From NCBI GenBank assembly GCA_903951425.1, contig CAJBBX010000053.1, positions 11,412 through 75,411 of the forward strand: a DNA stretch of 64,000 nt, given 5' to 3'. Of the stretch, positions 1 to 8,467 are shown piece after piece. The translations under genes were made by a program, and so were the position numbers. Source of the stretch: an uncultured Chthonomonas sp. GTDB lineage: Bacteria; Armatimonadota; Chthonomonadetes; Chthonomonadales; CAJBBX01. How positions within the stretch are numbered: the first letter of the stretch is position 1; each line of letters opens with the position of its first letter. The notes below the pieces were generated by a model. The model saw only the letters and a list, made by a program, of their open reading frames with translations, was not told where the DNA came from and searched no databases.

Positions 1-1248
1 ATCTGCCCCGTTCCGCCCGGCGGGCTGGTGATGCTCCGCGATGAGGCGGATGCCGAGCGCATCGGGATGGCTCGGCCCGCCCTCAGCGCGCCTGCGTCCG
101 GGCCAGCGGGGCTTGCAGACGCCCTGCGCCGCTTGCTGGAGGAGGCGGTCGCGGAGCGCATCCCGGCCCGCGGCAGGGCCGCCATCCTGGTCAGTGGCGG
201 CCTCGACTCCTCCTCCATCGCCGTGCTGGCCCACGGTCTGGCTCGCAATGGGCAGGCGTCAGCGCCCGTGGGCATACAGAATGTCTTCTCAGGGATGCCG
301 GCCTGCGATGAGCGGGTCTGGACCCAGCCGCTGGTCGACATGGGCATAGCGCTCCGGCACGTTGAGGCCTGTGACCACCTGTTGCCCGGTTCACCGGAGC
401 TGGAGCAGACCCTGGAAGGCCCATGCCTCGGCTGGGAGGGCATAGCCCACGCCCAGTGCGAACTGGTGCGGCAGTGCGGCGCCGAGGTGGTCCTGACGGG
501 CGACTGCGCGGCGCACCACTGGGTCGCGGCTCGCGACGCCGCTGCTCGCGCACTGGTGGAGGGGCGGCTGGGCGCTCTGTCGTGGCAGGTACGGGACCTG
601 CATAGCCTTGCCCGATTGCTGCGCCCCGGCCTGGTGGAGCCGCTGATGCACGACCTGCGCCTCGCCACCGGCCGGGCCCGCGTCTCCCTGCCCTCGTGGC
701 TGGACCGGGGCTTCGCCGAGCAGTCGGGCCTCATTGATCGGCTTCGGGACGACCAACGGCCTCGCGTGGTCGGCCGCCGCCCCGAACACGTGGCCGGGCT
801 GGCGGGTTCCGTGGGCAGGGCGATCACATGGCGCAACCGCCACTTCTCGCGCCTGGGCGTCGACCTCCGGTGCCCGCTGATGGACACCCGCGTGATCGAC
901 TTCCTCCACTCGCTTCCGGTCACCGACGTCCATGCCGCCTGCGAGGATCGCGTCATTCTCCGTCGCGCCATGGCGGGCCTGCTGCCCGACAGCCTCCGCA
1001 CTCGCACGGCCAAGGCGGTTTTCCTGCCCTACATGGAGCATGGCCTGCGCACGCATGGTGAGGCCATGCTGGAGGCCTTCCGCGCTCCCTTGCTGGCCGA
1101 CCTGGGCGCGGTAGACGCCGGGCGCCTCACGGCTGCCGCGCAGGCCTTCCTGGGCGGCTCGCGCAAGGGCTACGACCTGTGGATGCCCCTGACCCTGGAG
1201 CGGTGGCTTCGCCGCCACGGCGACGAGCTACGCAATATCACGCCGTAG
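1..1248 (+). CDS. asparagine synthetase-like PP-loop amidotransferase, C-terminal part (5' end outside window)
   Basis: Frame 1 is open from base 1. The translation carries the PP-loop motif SGGLDSS (ILVSGGLDSSSIAVLA) typical of AsnB-type synthetase domains. Stop at 1246-1248. Confidence 0.7.
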   Translation: MCPVPPGGLVMLRDEADAERIGMARPALSAPASGPAGLADALRRLLEEAVAERIPARGRAAILVSGGLDSSSIAVLAHGLARNGQASAPVGIQNVFSGMPACDERVWTQPLVDMGIALRHVEACDHLLPGSPELEQTLEGPCLGWEGIAHAQCELVRQCGAEVVLTGDCAAHHWVAARDAAARALVEGRLGALSWQVRDLHSLARLLRPGLVEPLMHDLRLATGRARVSLPSWLDRGFAEQSGLIDRLRDDQRPRVVGRRPEHVAGLAGSVGRAITWRNRHFSRLGVDLRCPLMDTRVIDFLHSLPVTDVHAACEDRVILRRAMAGLLPDSLRTRTAKAVFLPYMEHGLRTHGEAMLEAFRAPLLADLGAVDAGRLTAAAQAFLGGSRKGYDLWMPLTLERWLRRHGDELRNITP

Positions 1249-3088
1249 GATCGACGTCAACGATCGCCTCGGCCACGGCGGGCAGGGCGCGGCCGTTCCA
1301 GACGAGGTCGAACAGGACCGTGTGGACGCCAGGCTCACTCGGCGTGGCGCCCGTCACGGTGCACCGGGCCTCGTCGTGTCCCGTTGCCGACAGGCGCTGC
1401 TCCGCGCTTCCTAACGCAGCATCGCGGATCTGGATGCGCCCCGCCGATGGGCCGGCGCTGTGGTTCTGCACCACCACATCCCACGTCAGGCGCTGGCCCG
1501 GCCTCGCCCTGCGGTGGTAGGGCTCCAGCCTCACCCACTGGGCGTCCAGCCCGTAGTTTGGGTCGTCCCACGCCAGCAGTTCGCGAAACCGCGCCCGTCG
1601 CGTCCGCAGGCCGGCTCGCAGGCGGCGGATGTCGGCTTGGCTGAAATCGAACGCGCCGGGGCAGTGCTGGTTCACAAGGAGCGTGGGGCAGGGGAGTGAG
1701 GCGAGGGTCTGCAGGCAGGCGTCCATGCCCCGGCCCCGGCCGAGGTGGTTCCGGTTCAGGGCGCAGTAGTCGTCGAGCCCGCCCGGCGTCAGGCTGTCGC
1801 CGACGAAGAGGACGCGCTCCCCGTCGCGCTCGACCAGTAGCGCCGCGTCCAGCGCGGTCTGGCCGGGGAAGTCCAGGGCGGTCAGGCGGAACCCGCGCCA
1901 CTCCCATGTCTCACCGTGGATCGTCACCCGGTCCACCGGGATCGGCGTCGGGTCGAGGCACGGCATCAGGTAGGCCTCCGGCGCCTCCAGGATGCCCTGT
2001 AGCGTCCGATGGGCCACGACCGCGCATGTCAACCGGTTCCGGGCCTCGTTCACCCTCTCCACGTGGTCGTCGTGGGTGTGCGTGACCCAGAGAGACTCCA
2101 CGGCGCGGATTTCGCCGTCGGCCAGCAGGGCGGCCACCGCGTCTGCGGCCTCGCCCGCGGAGTCGATGAGCAGCGCCTCGCCGTTCGGCGCCACGATGAG
2201 CCGCGAGGTGGGCGACAGCTCGCGGACCCACTCGGGCAGCGGGCGCAGCCGTGCCTCGCCCTCCGAGCGGTCGGCGGGCCACTCCGGCCGCATTCCTGCG
2301 AAGTACCAGCGGGCCGAGGTGGTTGCGTGATAGGCCGCCATCGCCGCCTCGATGCGCCGCCGCAGAAGGGCGACGGCCTCTGCCGGGCGCGTCACCACGG
2401 CGCCGAAGGAGGGGACGAGCAGGTCGGGCTTCCGGTCCAGTACGGCGTCCAGCGACCGCAACAGGTCATCGCACCGCTCGCCGAACCCGTGGTACTCCAT
2501 CATCCGGCCGCCGCCGGGCAGCGGTCGGGCGCCCTGAAGCGTATGGAACTCGCGGAGCCTGCCGTGGCCGCACATCAGGTCGCCCACGAAGGCCACGCGC
2601 GGGCCGCCGGCCTCGGCGAGGTAGGTGACGCCGCCGCCGGTTGGTCCGGCGCCGGGCATGACCTCGAACCGCACGCCGCGCCACTCGAAGGCGTCGCCGG
2701 GCACCACCTCTACGGCCACCGGCACGTTCTGGGCGAATACCCGGTGCGAGGGGTGGAAGTGGTAGCCGTGAACCCGCCAGCCGCCGCCGGCCCAGAAGCC
2801 CTGCGCATCGCGCAAGAGGCCGGCCTCCGCGACCGGTGCATGGACCCGGGCGCCCGCGGCCGCAAGTTCCGGCAGGCCCGGCGCTGCCATGCGGTCATGG
2901 TGAGTGCATAGGACGACCTCGACGGAGCCCGGCGCGATGCCGGCGCGTTCAAGCAGGGCGGCAACCGGCCCGCCGATGATCAGCGAGCCGTCGCCGCGCC
3001 GGAACACGCCGGCGTTGCAGCCCATCTGCCAGACTTCGAGGCCCGCGCCGATATTGGCCAAGCGGCGGGGCCTCACGAACCTGTCCAT
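1238..3088 (-). CDS. tandem metallo-beta-lactamase-fold hydrolase with Ig-like C-terminal domain
   Basis: Two MBL-type metal motifs occur in one ORF (VLCTHHDRM and WVTHTHDDHV). I chose ATG 3088 (MDRFVRPRR) because the longer 3139 start would overlap the neighbouring gene end at 3106. Confidence 0.65.
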   Translation of the reverse strand: MDRFVRPRRLANIGAGLEVWQMGCNAGVFRRGDGSLIIGGPVAALLERAGIAPGSVEVVLCTHHDRMAAPGLPELAAAGARVHAPVAEAGLLRDAQGFWAGGGWRVHGYHFHPSHRVFAQNVPVAVEVVPGDAFEWRGVRFEVMPGAGPTGGGVTYLAEAGGPRVAFVGDLMCGHGRLREFHTLQGARPLPGGGRMMEYHGFGERCDDLLRSLDAVLDRKPDLLVPSFGAVVTRPAEAVALLRRRIEAAMAAYHATTSARWYFAGMRPEWPADRSEGEARLRPLPEWVRELSPTSRLIVAPNGEALLIDSAGEAADAVAALLADGEIRAVESLWVTHTHDDHVERVNEARNRLTCAVVAHRTLQGILEAPEAYLMPCLDPTPIPVDRVTIHGETWEWRGFRLTALDFPGQTALDAALLVERDGERVLFVGDSLTPGGLDDYCALNRNHLGRGRGMDACLQTLASLPCPTLLVNQHCPGAFDFSQADIRRLRAGLRTRRARFRELLAWDDPNYGLDAQWVRLEPYHRRARPGQRLTWDVVVQNHSAGPSAGRIQIRDAALGSAEQRLSATGHDEARCTVTGATPSEPGVHTVLFDLVWNGRALPAVAEAIVDVDPTA

Positions 3089-3105
3089 GGGCCTCGACAG
3101 CGTCC

Positions 3106-3792
3106 CTACAGGGCCATCCGGTAGGCCGCACCGTACCAACTATGGTCGCCGTAGGTGCCCAGCTTGAGGGTGACGCCGCTCTTCGGGGGCATGTAGGTCA
3201 GGCCGGTGATCCAGTCCTGCCCGTCATGCTGCACCACGGCGCCCACGGTGGGTGTGATGAGGCACTGGACGCCGCCGAAGGCGCCCTCGTGGCGTGGCTC
3301 GTTCATCAAGGTGTAGTCGCGGCTGCCGATGCCCGTGTGGAGGCGGACCAGCGGCGGGCCCTGCACGCCCTTGCGCACGAACCAGGTCTTGGCGGTGGCC
3401 AGGTAGATGGAGCGCTCGCGGCTGTAGGAGCGCAACGGCGAATTGGTCGTGGCCACTCCGGTCAGGTTGCGGACGCCCACCACGAGGTCGGGAGTGTCCG
3501 GACCCTCGGAGAGGAGCCTGTACTGGCCAACCACGACGACGGACTTGGCATCGCCGTCCACCGCCGCGCGGTGCAGGTCGAGCTCCAGCCGGTCGGTCAG
3601 ACCCAGGTAGAGGGTCTGGTACTGCACGTACTGCGGGGCGCCGGCGGGCATGCTCAGGCTGATGTAGTAGACGGCGGCGTCGAACTCCCTGGCCTTCAGC
3701 TGGTTGGCGGTCGGCATGGTCACGATGTCGTCGGCCATGGCCGCGGTGCCCAGCAGTGCGGCACAGAAGGCGAGGATGCGGGTGGTTCTCAC
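3106..3792 (-). CDS. secreted beta-rich hypothetical protein
   Basis: 228-aa ORF with a clear signal peptide (MRTTRILAFCAALLGTAAMA). Alternating beta-strand-like composition and an aromatic-rich C-terminus. No family recognised. Confidence 0.55.
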   Translation of the reverse strand: MRTTRILAFCAALLGTAAMADDIVTMPTANQLKAREFDAAVYYISLSMPAGAPQYVQYQTLYLGLTDRLELDLHRAAVDGDAKSVVVVGQYRLLSEGPDTPDLVVGVRNLTGVATTNSPLRSYSRERSIYLATAKTWFVRKGVQGPPLVRLHTGIGSRDYTLMNEPRHEGAFGGVQCLITPTVGAVVQHDGQDWITGLTYMPPKSGVTLKLGTYGDHSWYGAAYRMAL

Positions 3793-3911
3793 GCGGTTTC
3801 CTCCGAGGGTTGGGTCGCACGACCGAGCCGTGCGCCGTCGGTCTGTTCACCCGCAGACGGTCCGTTTCCTTCCTATCGCCGCTAGGATTGTCCGCGCATG
3901 CCACGAAATAG

Positions 3912-3941
3912 GGCGGCCCCACCCCCGAGGGTAGGGCCGCC
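3912..3941 (-). terminator. candidate intrinsic terminator downstream of 3967..4734
   Basis: GGCGGCCC (3912-3919) pairs with GGGCCGCC (3934-3941). On the minus strand the hairpin is followed by CUAUUUCG. Confidence 0.4.
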
Positions 3942-3966
3942 GCACTAGGTTAGGCGCGGGCCGGCG

Positions 3967-4734
3967 CTACTTGCTGGGGGCTGCGGCGGTCGGCTTGTCT
4001 GCTGCTTTGTCGGCTTCCATGCGGGTGATCGTGTACTTGAGCGGCCCGTCGCCGAGCATGGGAATGACCAGGCCGGTGATGGCGCCCTCGGAACGGACCA
4101 GCCGGGTGGTCTCCTCGCTCACGAAGCTCTTGCCCTCGACCTTCAGCTTCATGTCGCCCTGCGGGCCGTTGACGAGCCCCTCGGCCACTGTCTTGATCTC
4201 GATGCAGTCCACGGGCAGCTTGTCGCCCTTCTTCGCGCGGCCGACGATGGTCAGGACACCGTTCATCTTGCCCTTGCCGTTCTTACCGCCGGGTACGTCG
4301 AACTTGGCCTCCTCACCGATCCTCAGGGCCTTGGTGGGCATCTGGCTCTGGCGCGACATAAGCAAGATCTGGCCCATGGGGTTGCCGGTGGTCTCCTGGC
4401 GGGTGACCTTGCCGTCCCTGTCCATCTCGACGATGATCTCTCCGCTGCCGGCCGGCACCGGGAACTCCTGCCCGCCGAATTTGCCGACGGCGCTCTCTAT
4501 GGTCATGCCCAGCACGGTGGCCCCGTCGGCCTTGCTCTCCTTGACCTTGTCGACGGTCACAAAGGTCATCTCGATGGGGCTGTTGTCGGCGCTGGCAACC
4601 TGGATCACCGTCTTGTATCGGTCGGTGTCGCCTACCTTGTACGCCCTGCGTAGGTTGAACGTGTCCTGGGCCGAAGCTGCCGATACGGCCGCTAGGGCAA
4701 TCAACGCACACGCCAGTCGGCTCATTCGAAGCAT
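3967..4734 (-). CDS. secreted hypothetical protein (Lys-rich, beta-rich)
   Basis: ORF 3967..4839. The internal start MLRMSRLACALIALAAVSAASAQ at 4734 gives a canonical signal peptide. The 35 codons upstream are Arg-rich and look non-coding. Confidence 0.6.
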   Translation of the reverse strand: MLRMSRLACALIALAAVSAASAQDTFNLRRAYKVGDTDRYKTVIQVASADNSPIEMTFVTVDKVKESKADGATVLGMTIESAVGKFGGQEFPVPAGSGEIIVEMDRDGKVTRQETTGNPMGQILLMSRQSQMPTKALRIGEEAKFDVPGGKNGKGKMNGVLTIVGRAKKGDKLPVDCIEIKTVAEGLVNGPQGDMKLKVEGKSFVSEETTRLVRSEGAITGLVIPMLGDGPLKYTITRMEADKAADKPTAAAPSK

Positions 4735-4931
4735 CCGAGAGTAGCTCCTTCGTTCCGGCAGGGCGGCCCATGGCTCGCTTCGCCGCCGGTTGCTGTAAGT
4801 GAAGACGCAACGACGGCGTTCCGGGTGTCCATTCGGCACCAGATCCGCCTGTAAGCAGGCCAGATGGGTACCAGGGTCCCCATCATGATGGTCAATCTGG
4901 ACTGGGGGGCCTGCCGGTTGGCCGGACGTCG

Positions 4932-4940
4932 TGATATAGT
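4932..4940 (+). promoter_or_regulatory. extended -10 promoter element of RNA candidate copy 1
   Basis: TGaTATAGT. The homologous position in copy 2 reads TGaTATGAT. Confidence 0.4.
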
Positions 4941-4947
4941 ATTCCCG

Positions 4948-5047
4948 AACATGTGAGGCAAGGATGCGGGGAGACCTGCATCCCGCCTAATGGCTCTCTC
5001 AAGCCCGGCCCTGGTTCGGTGTGCCGCCTACCAGGGCCTCTTTTTTT
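4948..5047 (+). ncRNA. candidate structured small RNA, copy 1 (family not recognised)
   Basis: A 9-bp hairpin with a GAGA tetraloop lies at 4962-4983. The terminator hairpin pairs GGCCCTGGT (5007-5015) with ACCAGGGCC (5030-5038) and is followed by seven T (5041-5047). No + strand ORF flanks it. Confidence 0.5.
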
Positions 5048-5056
5048 GCGTCTAGG

Positions 5057-5470
5057 CTATAGCTGGGCCCGGCATTGAAGCCACCAGATCCCCGTGCCGT
5101 TCGCGACCCCGGCGCCGGGGTCCACCGTCAGCGTCTTGCTCGCGCCGATGACGCCGCCGCCCGTGGCGCTCCGCAGGTTGTCGTTCGCTTCGCTGTTGTC
5201 GTGCGCGTATGCCCACATAACGTACAGCGTGCACCGGCTCCGCGTGTCGAACTCCGCAGTGAAGCAGGCAAACCGGACCCGCCTTGCCCGAACATGCCTC
5301 CAGCGCCTCACCCATGAGTTTGCAGCGCCCGAAGCGCCGTATGGCGTCCGCGGCGACGGCGAGGTCGTGCGGCGTTCCGAACAGCAGGCCCCGCCGCGCC
5401 CCACGATGCCGTCGACGCGGCAACCGCGACGGCGCTCCCGGTGTCCATCGCACGCCACACTGGCATGCAA
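5057..5470 (-). pseudogene. truncated, frameshifted copy of the C-terminal ~135 codons of gene 5672..6568
   Basis: Three reading frames each carry pieces homologous to the full-length paralog. Examples are RGLLFGTPHDLAVAADAIRRFGRCKLMGEALEA and FTAEFDTRSRCTLYVMWAYAHDNSEANDNLRSATGGGVIGASKTLTVDPGAGVANGTGIWWLQCRAQL. There is no N-terminal part and no start. Confidence 0.65.
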
Positions 5471-5547
5471 GCAGTCCAGATGAGTACCAGAGATCGCAGA
5501 ATGTGATGCCGAAAGGACCAGCGCTCGTACCAGTCACCTCGCGTCCA

Positions 5548-5556
5548 TGATATGAT
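5548..5556 (+). promoter_or_regulatory. extended -10 promoter element of RNA candidate copy 2
   Basis: TGaTATGAT, at the same distance from the conserved ACATGTGAGG start region as in copy 1. Confidence 0.4.
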
Positions 5557-5563
5557 ATCTGTG

Positions 5564-5662
5564 AACATGTGAGGCCTTGGTGCAGGGAGACCTGCACTTC
5601 CGCCTAATGGCTCTTTCAAGCCCGGCCCTGGTTCGGTGTGCCGCCTACCAGGGCCTTTTTTT
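5564..5662 (+). ncRNA. candidate structured small RNA, copy 2
   Basis: Hairpin GTGCAGG-GAGA-CCTGCAC at 5580-5597. The terminator hairpin spans 5624-5655 and is followed by seven T (5656-5662). Confidence 0.5.
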
Positions 5663-5671
5663 GCGTCTAGG

Positions 5672-6568
5672 CTAGAGCTGGACCCGGCACTGAAGCCACC
5701 AGACCCCCTTGCCGTTCACCACTCCGGCGCCGGGTTCCACCGTCAGCGTCTTGCTAGCGCCGATGAGCACGCCGCCGATCGCGCTTCGCAGGTTGGTGCT
5801 GTCCTCGCTGTTGTCGTGCGAGTAGAGCCACGAGACATACGGCGTGTACCGGGTGCGTGTGTCAAACTCCGCAGTGAGGGACGCGAAACGGAAGCCGCCC
5901 TTGCTCGACATCGCCTCCAGCGCCTCGCCCACGAGCTTGCACCGTCCCAGGCGCCGCGTGGCGTCCGCGGCGATTGCCACATCGTGCGCACTGCCGAACA
6001 GCAGTCCGCGCCCGGCTCCGATGGAGATGCCCGCCGCGCTGCCGTTCTCCCACTCCTTGCCCAGCCGCGTGTAGGCGTTGCCGCGTCGGGTCCGCTCATC
6101 GAACGCCGCAGTGCTGCTCAGGCTGAGATCACCGATGCGCGTGTCGGCTGCCACACCCCACTTCGCCTCGTACTCCCAAGCCTGTGCGGCGAAGGGCACA
6201 TACCGCTTGCCGACCCAGATGCGCCCGTCATTGGGTAGTCGGCCAGACCAATACGCCTCGTTCGGCTGGTGGAAGACATGGGCGCTACCGTTGTGCATGT
6301 CGCCGAGCCCCACAGTGACGCGGGCGTTGGATCCGTCCGCCATGTTCCAGTCGAGGCCGGCGTACGAGGGGTAGCCCACCATGGCTCCGGCCCACTGGCC
6401 GTCGGTATGGCGGCGAAGGGCGCCGGTCATGTTGCTGAGGCCCCAGTAGGCATCCAGATGGAAGACAGGGCCCATCGGGGGCGTTTCCGGCTCTTCTCCG
6501 GCGACGGCCGCCAGCGGCGCAACGCCCAGGAGGGTCGCGGCTACCAAGGGCAACATCCATCTGCTCAA
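5672..6568 (-). CDS. secreted beta-rich protein (possible outer-membrane barrel), full-length paralog
   Basis: ORF 5672..6913. The signal peptide (W)MLPLVAATLLGVAPLAAVAG begins near 6556-6568, and GAAGGAG lies 8 nt before TTG 6568. The C-terminus is ...GVWWLQCRVQL. The start is uncertain by a few codons. Confidence 0.6.
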   Translation of the reverse strand: MSRWMLPLVAATLLGVAPLAAVAGEEPETPPMGPVFHLDAYWGLSNMTGALRRHTDGQWAGAMVGYPSYAGLDWNMADGSNARVTVGLGDMHNGSAHVFHQPNEAYWSGRLPNDGRIWVGKRYVPFAAQAWEYEAKWGVAADTRIGDLSLSSTAAFDERTRRGNAYTRLGKEWENGSAAGISIGAGRGLLFGSAHDVAIAADATRRLGRCKLVGEALEAMSSKGGFRFASLTAEFDTRTRYTPYVSWLYSHDNSEDSTNLRSAIGGVLIGASKTLTVEPGAGVVNGKGVWWLQCRVQL

Positions 6569-6660
6569 GTGGCGAACTCCTTCATCCGCGGCTCTGGAAT
6601 TGGCGCCTGCGTACCGTCGGCGCGTAGCCGCAGCACCAATATACCGCCGACGCCGACCTG

Positions 6661-6690
6661 TTGACACAGGCTCCCTGCCCGAGGTATCTT
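6661..6690 (+). promoter_or_regulatory. candidate sigma70-type promoter for hcp
   Basis: TTGACA (6661-6666), an 18-nt spacer, then TATCTT (6685-6690). The inverted repeat CCTGT-TGAC-ACAGG (6657-6670) overlaps the -35 box. Confidence 0.4.
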
Positions 6691-6772
6691 GCTGCCAAGA
6701 AGACGACAAGACGATCCGTTTGTCGTGAGTTGGCCGGCCGCGCAGCCGCGGCCACGAAAGGAGTTCCGCGTC

Positions 6773-8410
6773 ATGTTCTGTTACCAGTGTGAGCAGACCC
6801 TCAAGGGGACGGGTTGCACCGACCAGGGCGTCTGCGGCAAGGATGCCACCACGGCGGCCCTTCAGGACCTGCTGCTCTTCGCGTGTCGGGGCATCGCCAC
6901 CTACGCGCATCACTCACGCCTTCTGGGCGTGGTGGACCGCGAGGCCGACCAGGCCGTCATCGAGGGGCTCTTCACCACGGTCACCAACGTCAACTTCCAC
7001 CCGATCCTGCTTGAGCGCCAGGTGCGCGAGGCCGCCCAGGTCCGCGACCGCGCTCGGACACGCTACGAGGCGGCCGCAGGAGCCGCCGCGCAGAGCTTCA
7101 ACGGGCCCTGCAGCTGGACTCCTGCCGACGACACCGACATGCTGGTGGCTCAGGGGCGCTTCGCGGCCATCACCGGGCGCCGTTCGGCCCTGGGCGACGA
7201 CTACGTGGGCCTGCAGGAGCTGTTGACGTACGGCCTGAAGGGCGTCGCGGCCTACTACGAGCATGCCGTCAAGCTCGGCGTGATCGACGATGCCGTGGCC
7301 GCGCAGTTCAACGAACTGCTCCACTGCCTAAACCGCACTGACCTGACCGCCGACGAGCTACTGGGCAAGTGCCTGGAGTGCGGCACGCTGAACCTCCGCG
7401 TCATGGAGCTTCTCGACGCCGCGCACACCAGCACCTTCGGCCACCCTGAGCCCACGCAGGTCCGCGTCGAGCCGCTCAAGGGCAAGGCCATCGTCGTCTC
7501 CGGCCACGACCTGCCAGACCTCTACGCGCTCCTGCAGCAAACCGAGGGCAAGGGCATCAACGTCTACACCCATGGCGAGATGCTCCCGGCGCACGGCTAT
7601 CCCGAGCTCAAGAAGTTCAAGCACCTCGTCGGAAACTTCGGCGGGGCCTGGCAGAACCAGATCTCCGAGTTCGCCGAGCTGCCCGGCGCAGTGCTCATGA
7701 CGACAAACTGCATCCAGCGGCCGACCGACGAGTACATCGACCGCATCTTCACCTCGGGCCTCGTGGCCTGGCCCGGCGTCCTGCATATCAGCGACCAGGA
7801 CTTCACCCCGGTCATCGAGGCCGCCCTGGCCGCCCCCGGCTTCACCGAGGATGGTCCGGATCGCTACACCATGACGGGTTTCGGCCACAACGCAGTCCTG
7901 AGCGTGGCCGACAAGGTCGTCGGGGCAGTCAAGAACGGCGAGATCAAGCACTTCTTCCTCATCGGCGGCTGCGACGGCGGCAAGCCGGGCCGCAACTACT
8001 ACACCAAGCTGGCCCAGGCCGCGCCCAAGGACACGGTGATCCTCACCCTGGCCTGTGGCAAGTACCGCTTCAACAAGCTGGAGTTCGGCACGGTCGCCGG
8101 CCTGCCACGCATGCTCGACATCGGCCAGTGCAACGACACCTACTCGGCCATCAAGATCGCCTCGGCCCTGGCCGGCGCGTTCGAGTGCGGCGTCAACGAC
8201 CTGCCGCTCTCGATCATCCTCTCGTGGTACGAGCAGAAGGCCGTGGCGGTCCTCCTGACGCTCCTCAGCCTGGGCATCAAGGGCATGCGCATCGGCCCGT
8301 CCCTGCCGGCGTTCCTCACGCCCAACCTGGTGAGCAAGATCGTCGAGGCCTACGACCTGAAGCCCATCGGCACCGTCGAGGGCGACATGGCGGCCATGCT
8401 GTCGGCTTAG
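6773..8410 (+). CDS. hcp: hybrid-cluster protein / hydroxylamine reductase
   Basis: Starts MFCYQCEQTLKGTGCTDQGVCGK, the N-terminal Cys cluster of Hcp. The length is ~545 aa. GGAG lies 9 nt upstream of ATG 6773. Confidence 0.9.
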   Translation: MFCYQCEQTLKGTGCTDQGVCGKDATTAALQDLLLFACRGIATYAHHSRLLGVVDREADQAVIEGLFTTVTNVNFHPILLERQVREAAQVRDRARTRYEAAAGAAAQSFNGPCSWTPADDTDMLVAQGRFAAITGRRSALGDDYVGLQELLTYGLKGVAAYYEHAVKLGVIDDAVAAQFNELLHCLNRTDLTADELLGKCLECGTLNLRVMELLDAAHTSTFGHPEPTQVRVEPLKGKAIVVSGHDLPDLYALLQQTEGKGINVYTHGEMLPAHGYPELKKFKHLVGNFGGAWQNQISEFAELPGAVLMTTNCIQRPTDEYIDRIFTSGLVAWPGVLHISDQDFTPVIEAALAAPGFTEDGPDRYTMTGFGHNAVLSVADKVVGAVKNGEIKHFFLIGGCDGGKPGRNYYTKLAQAAPKDTVILTLACGKYRFNKLEFGTVAGLPRMLDIGQCNDTYSAIKIASALAGAFECGVNDLPLSIILSWYEQKAVAVLLTLLSLGIKGMRIGPSLPAFLTPNLVSKIVEAYDLKPIGTVEGDMAAMLSA

Positions 8411-8467
8411 GCTGCTGCAACCGAACCGAAGCCGTCCTGGGGGCGTCCCGTGCGATGCGGGGCGCCC

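Larger units (their letters stand above)
4853..6085. repeat. diverged tandem segmental duplication (two ~620-bp units, junction near 5465)
   Basis: Unit 1 is about 4853-5460 and unit 2 about 5465-6085. Each holds upstream DNA (GCAGgCCAGATGgGTACCAG / GCAGtCCAGATGaGTACCAG), the RNA candidate, and the 3' end of the beta-rich protein gene. Confidence 0.6.

Noticed and set aside
1-1248. Lasso-peptide cyclase call for the AsnB-like gene
   Set aside because: No leader peptidase (transglutaminase-like B protein), PqqD-like RRE or precursor ORF is visible. The gene is truncated by the window edge.
4948-5047. Possible match of the RNA candidate to known riboswitch or RNA classes (fluoride crcB motif because of UAAUGGCUCUC and CCGCC, ZTP because of CCGCCU, c-di-GMP-I because of a GNRA loop, SRP RNA)
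   Set aside because: The order and pairing of elements do not fit any of these consensus structures as I remember them. In addition, no + strand gene follows for a riboswitch to control. It still needs a formal cmscan.
5636-6238. 200-aa + strand ORF antisense to the beta-rich protein gene
   Set aside because: It is a shadow ORF. The minus-strand frame has a signal peptide, and its homolog is duplicated at 5057-5470.
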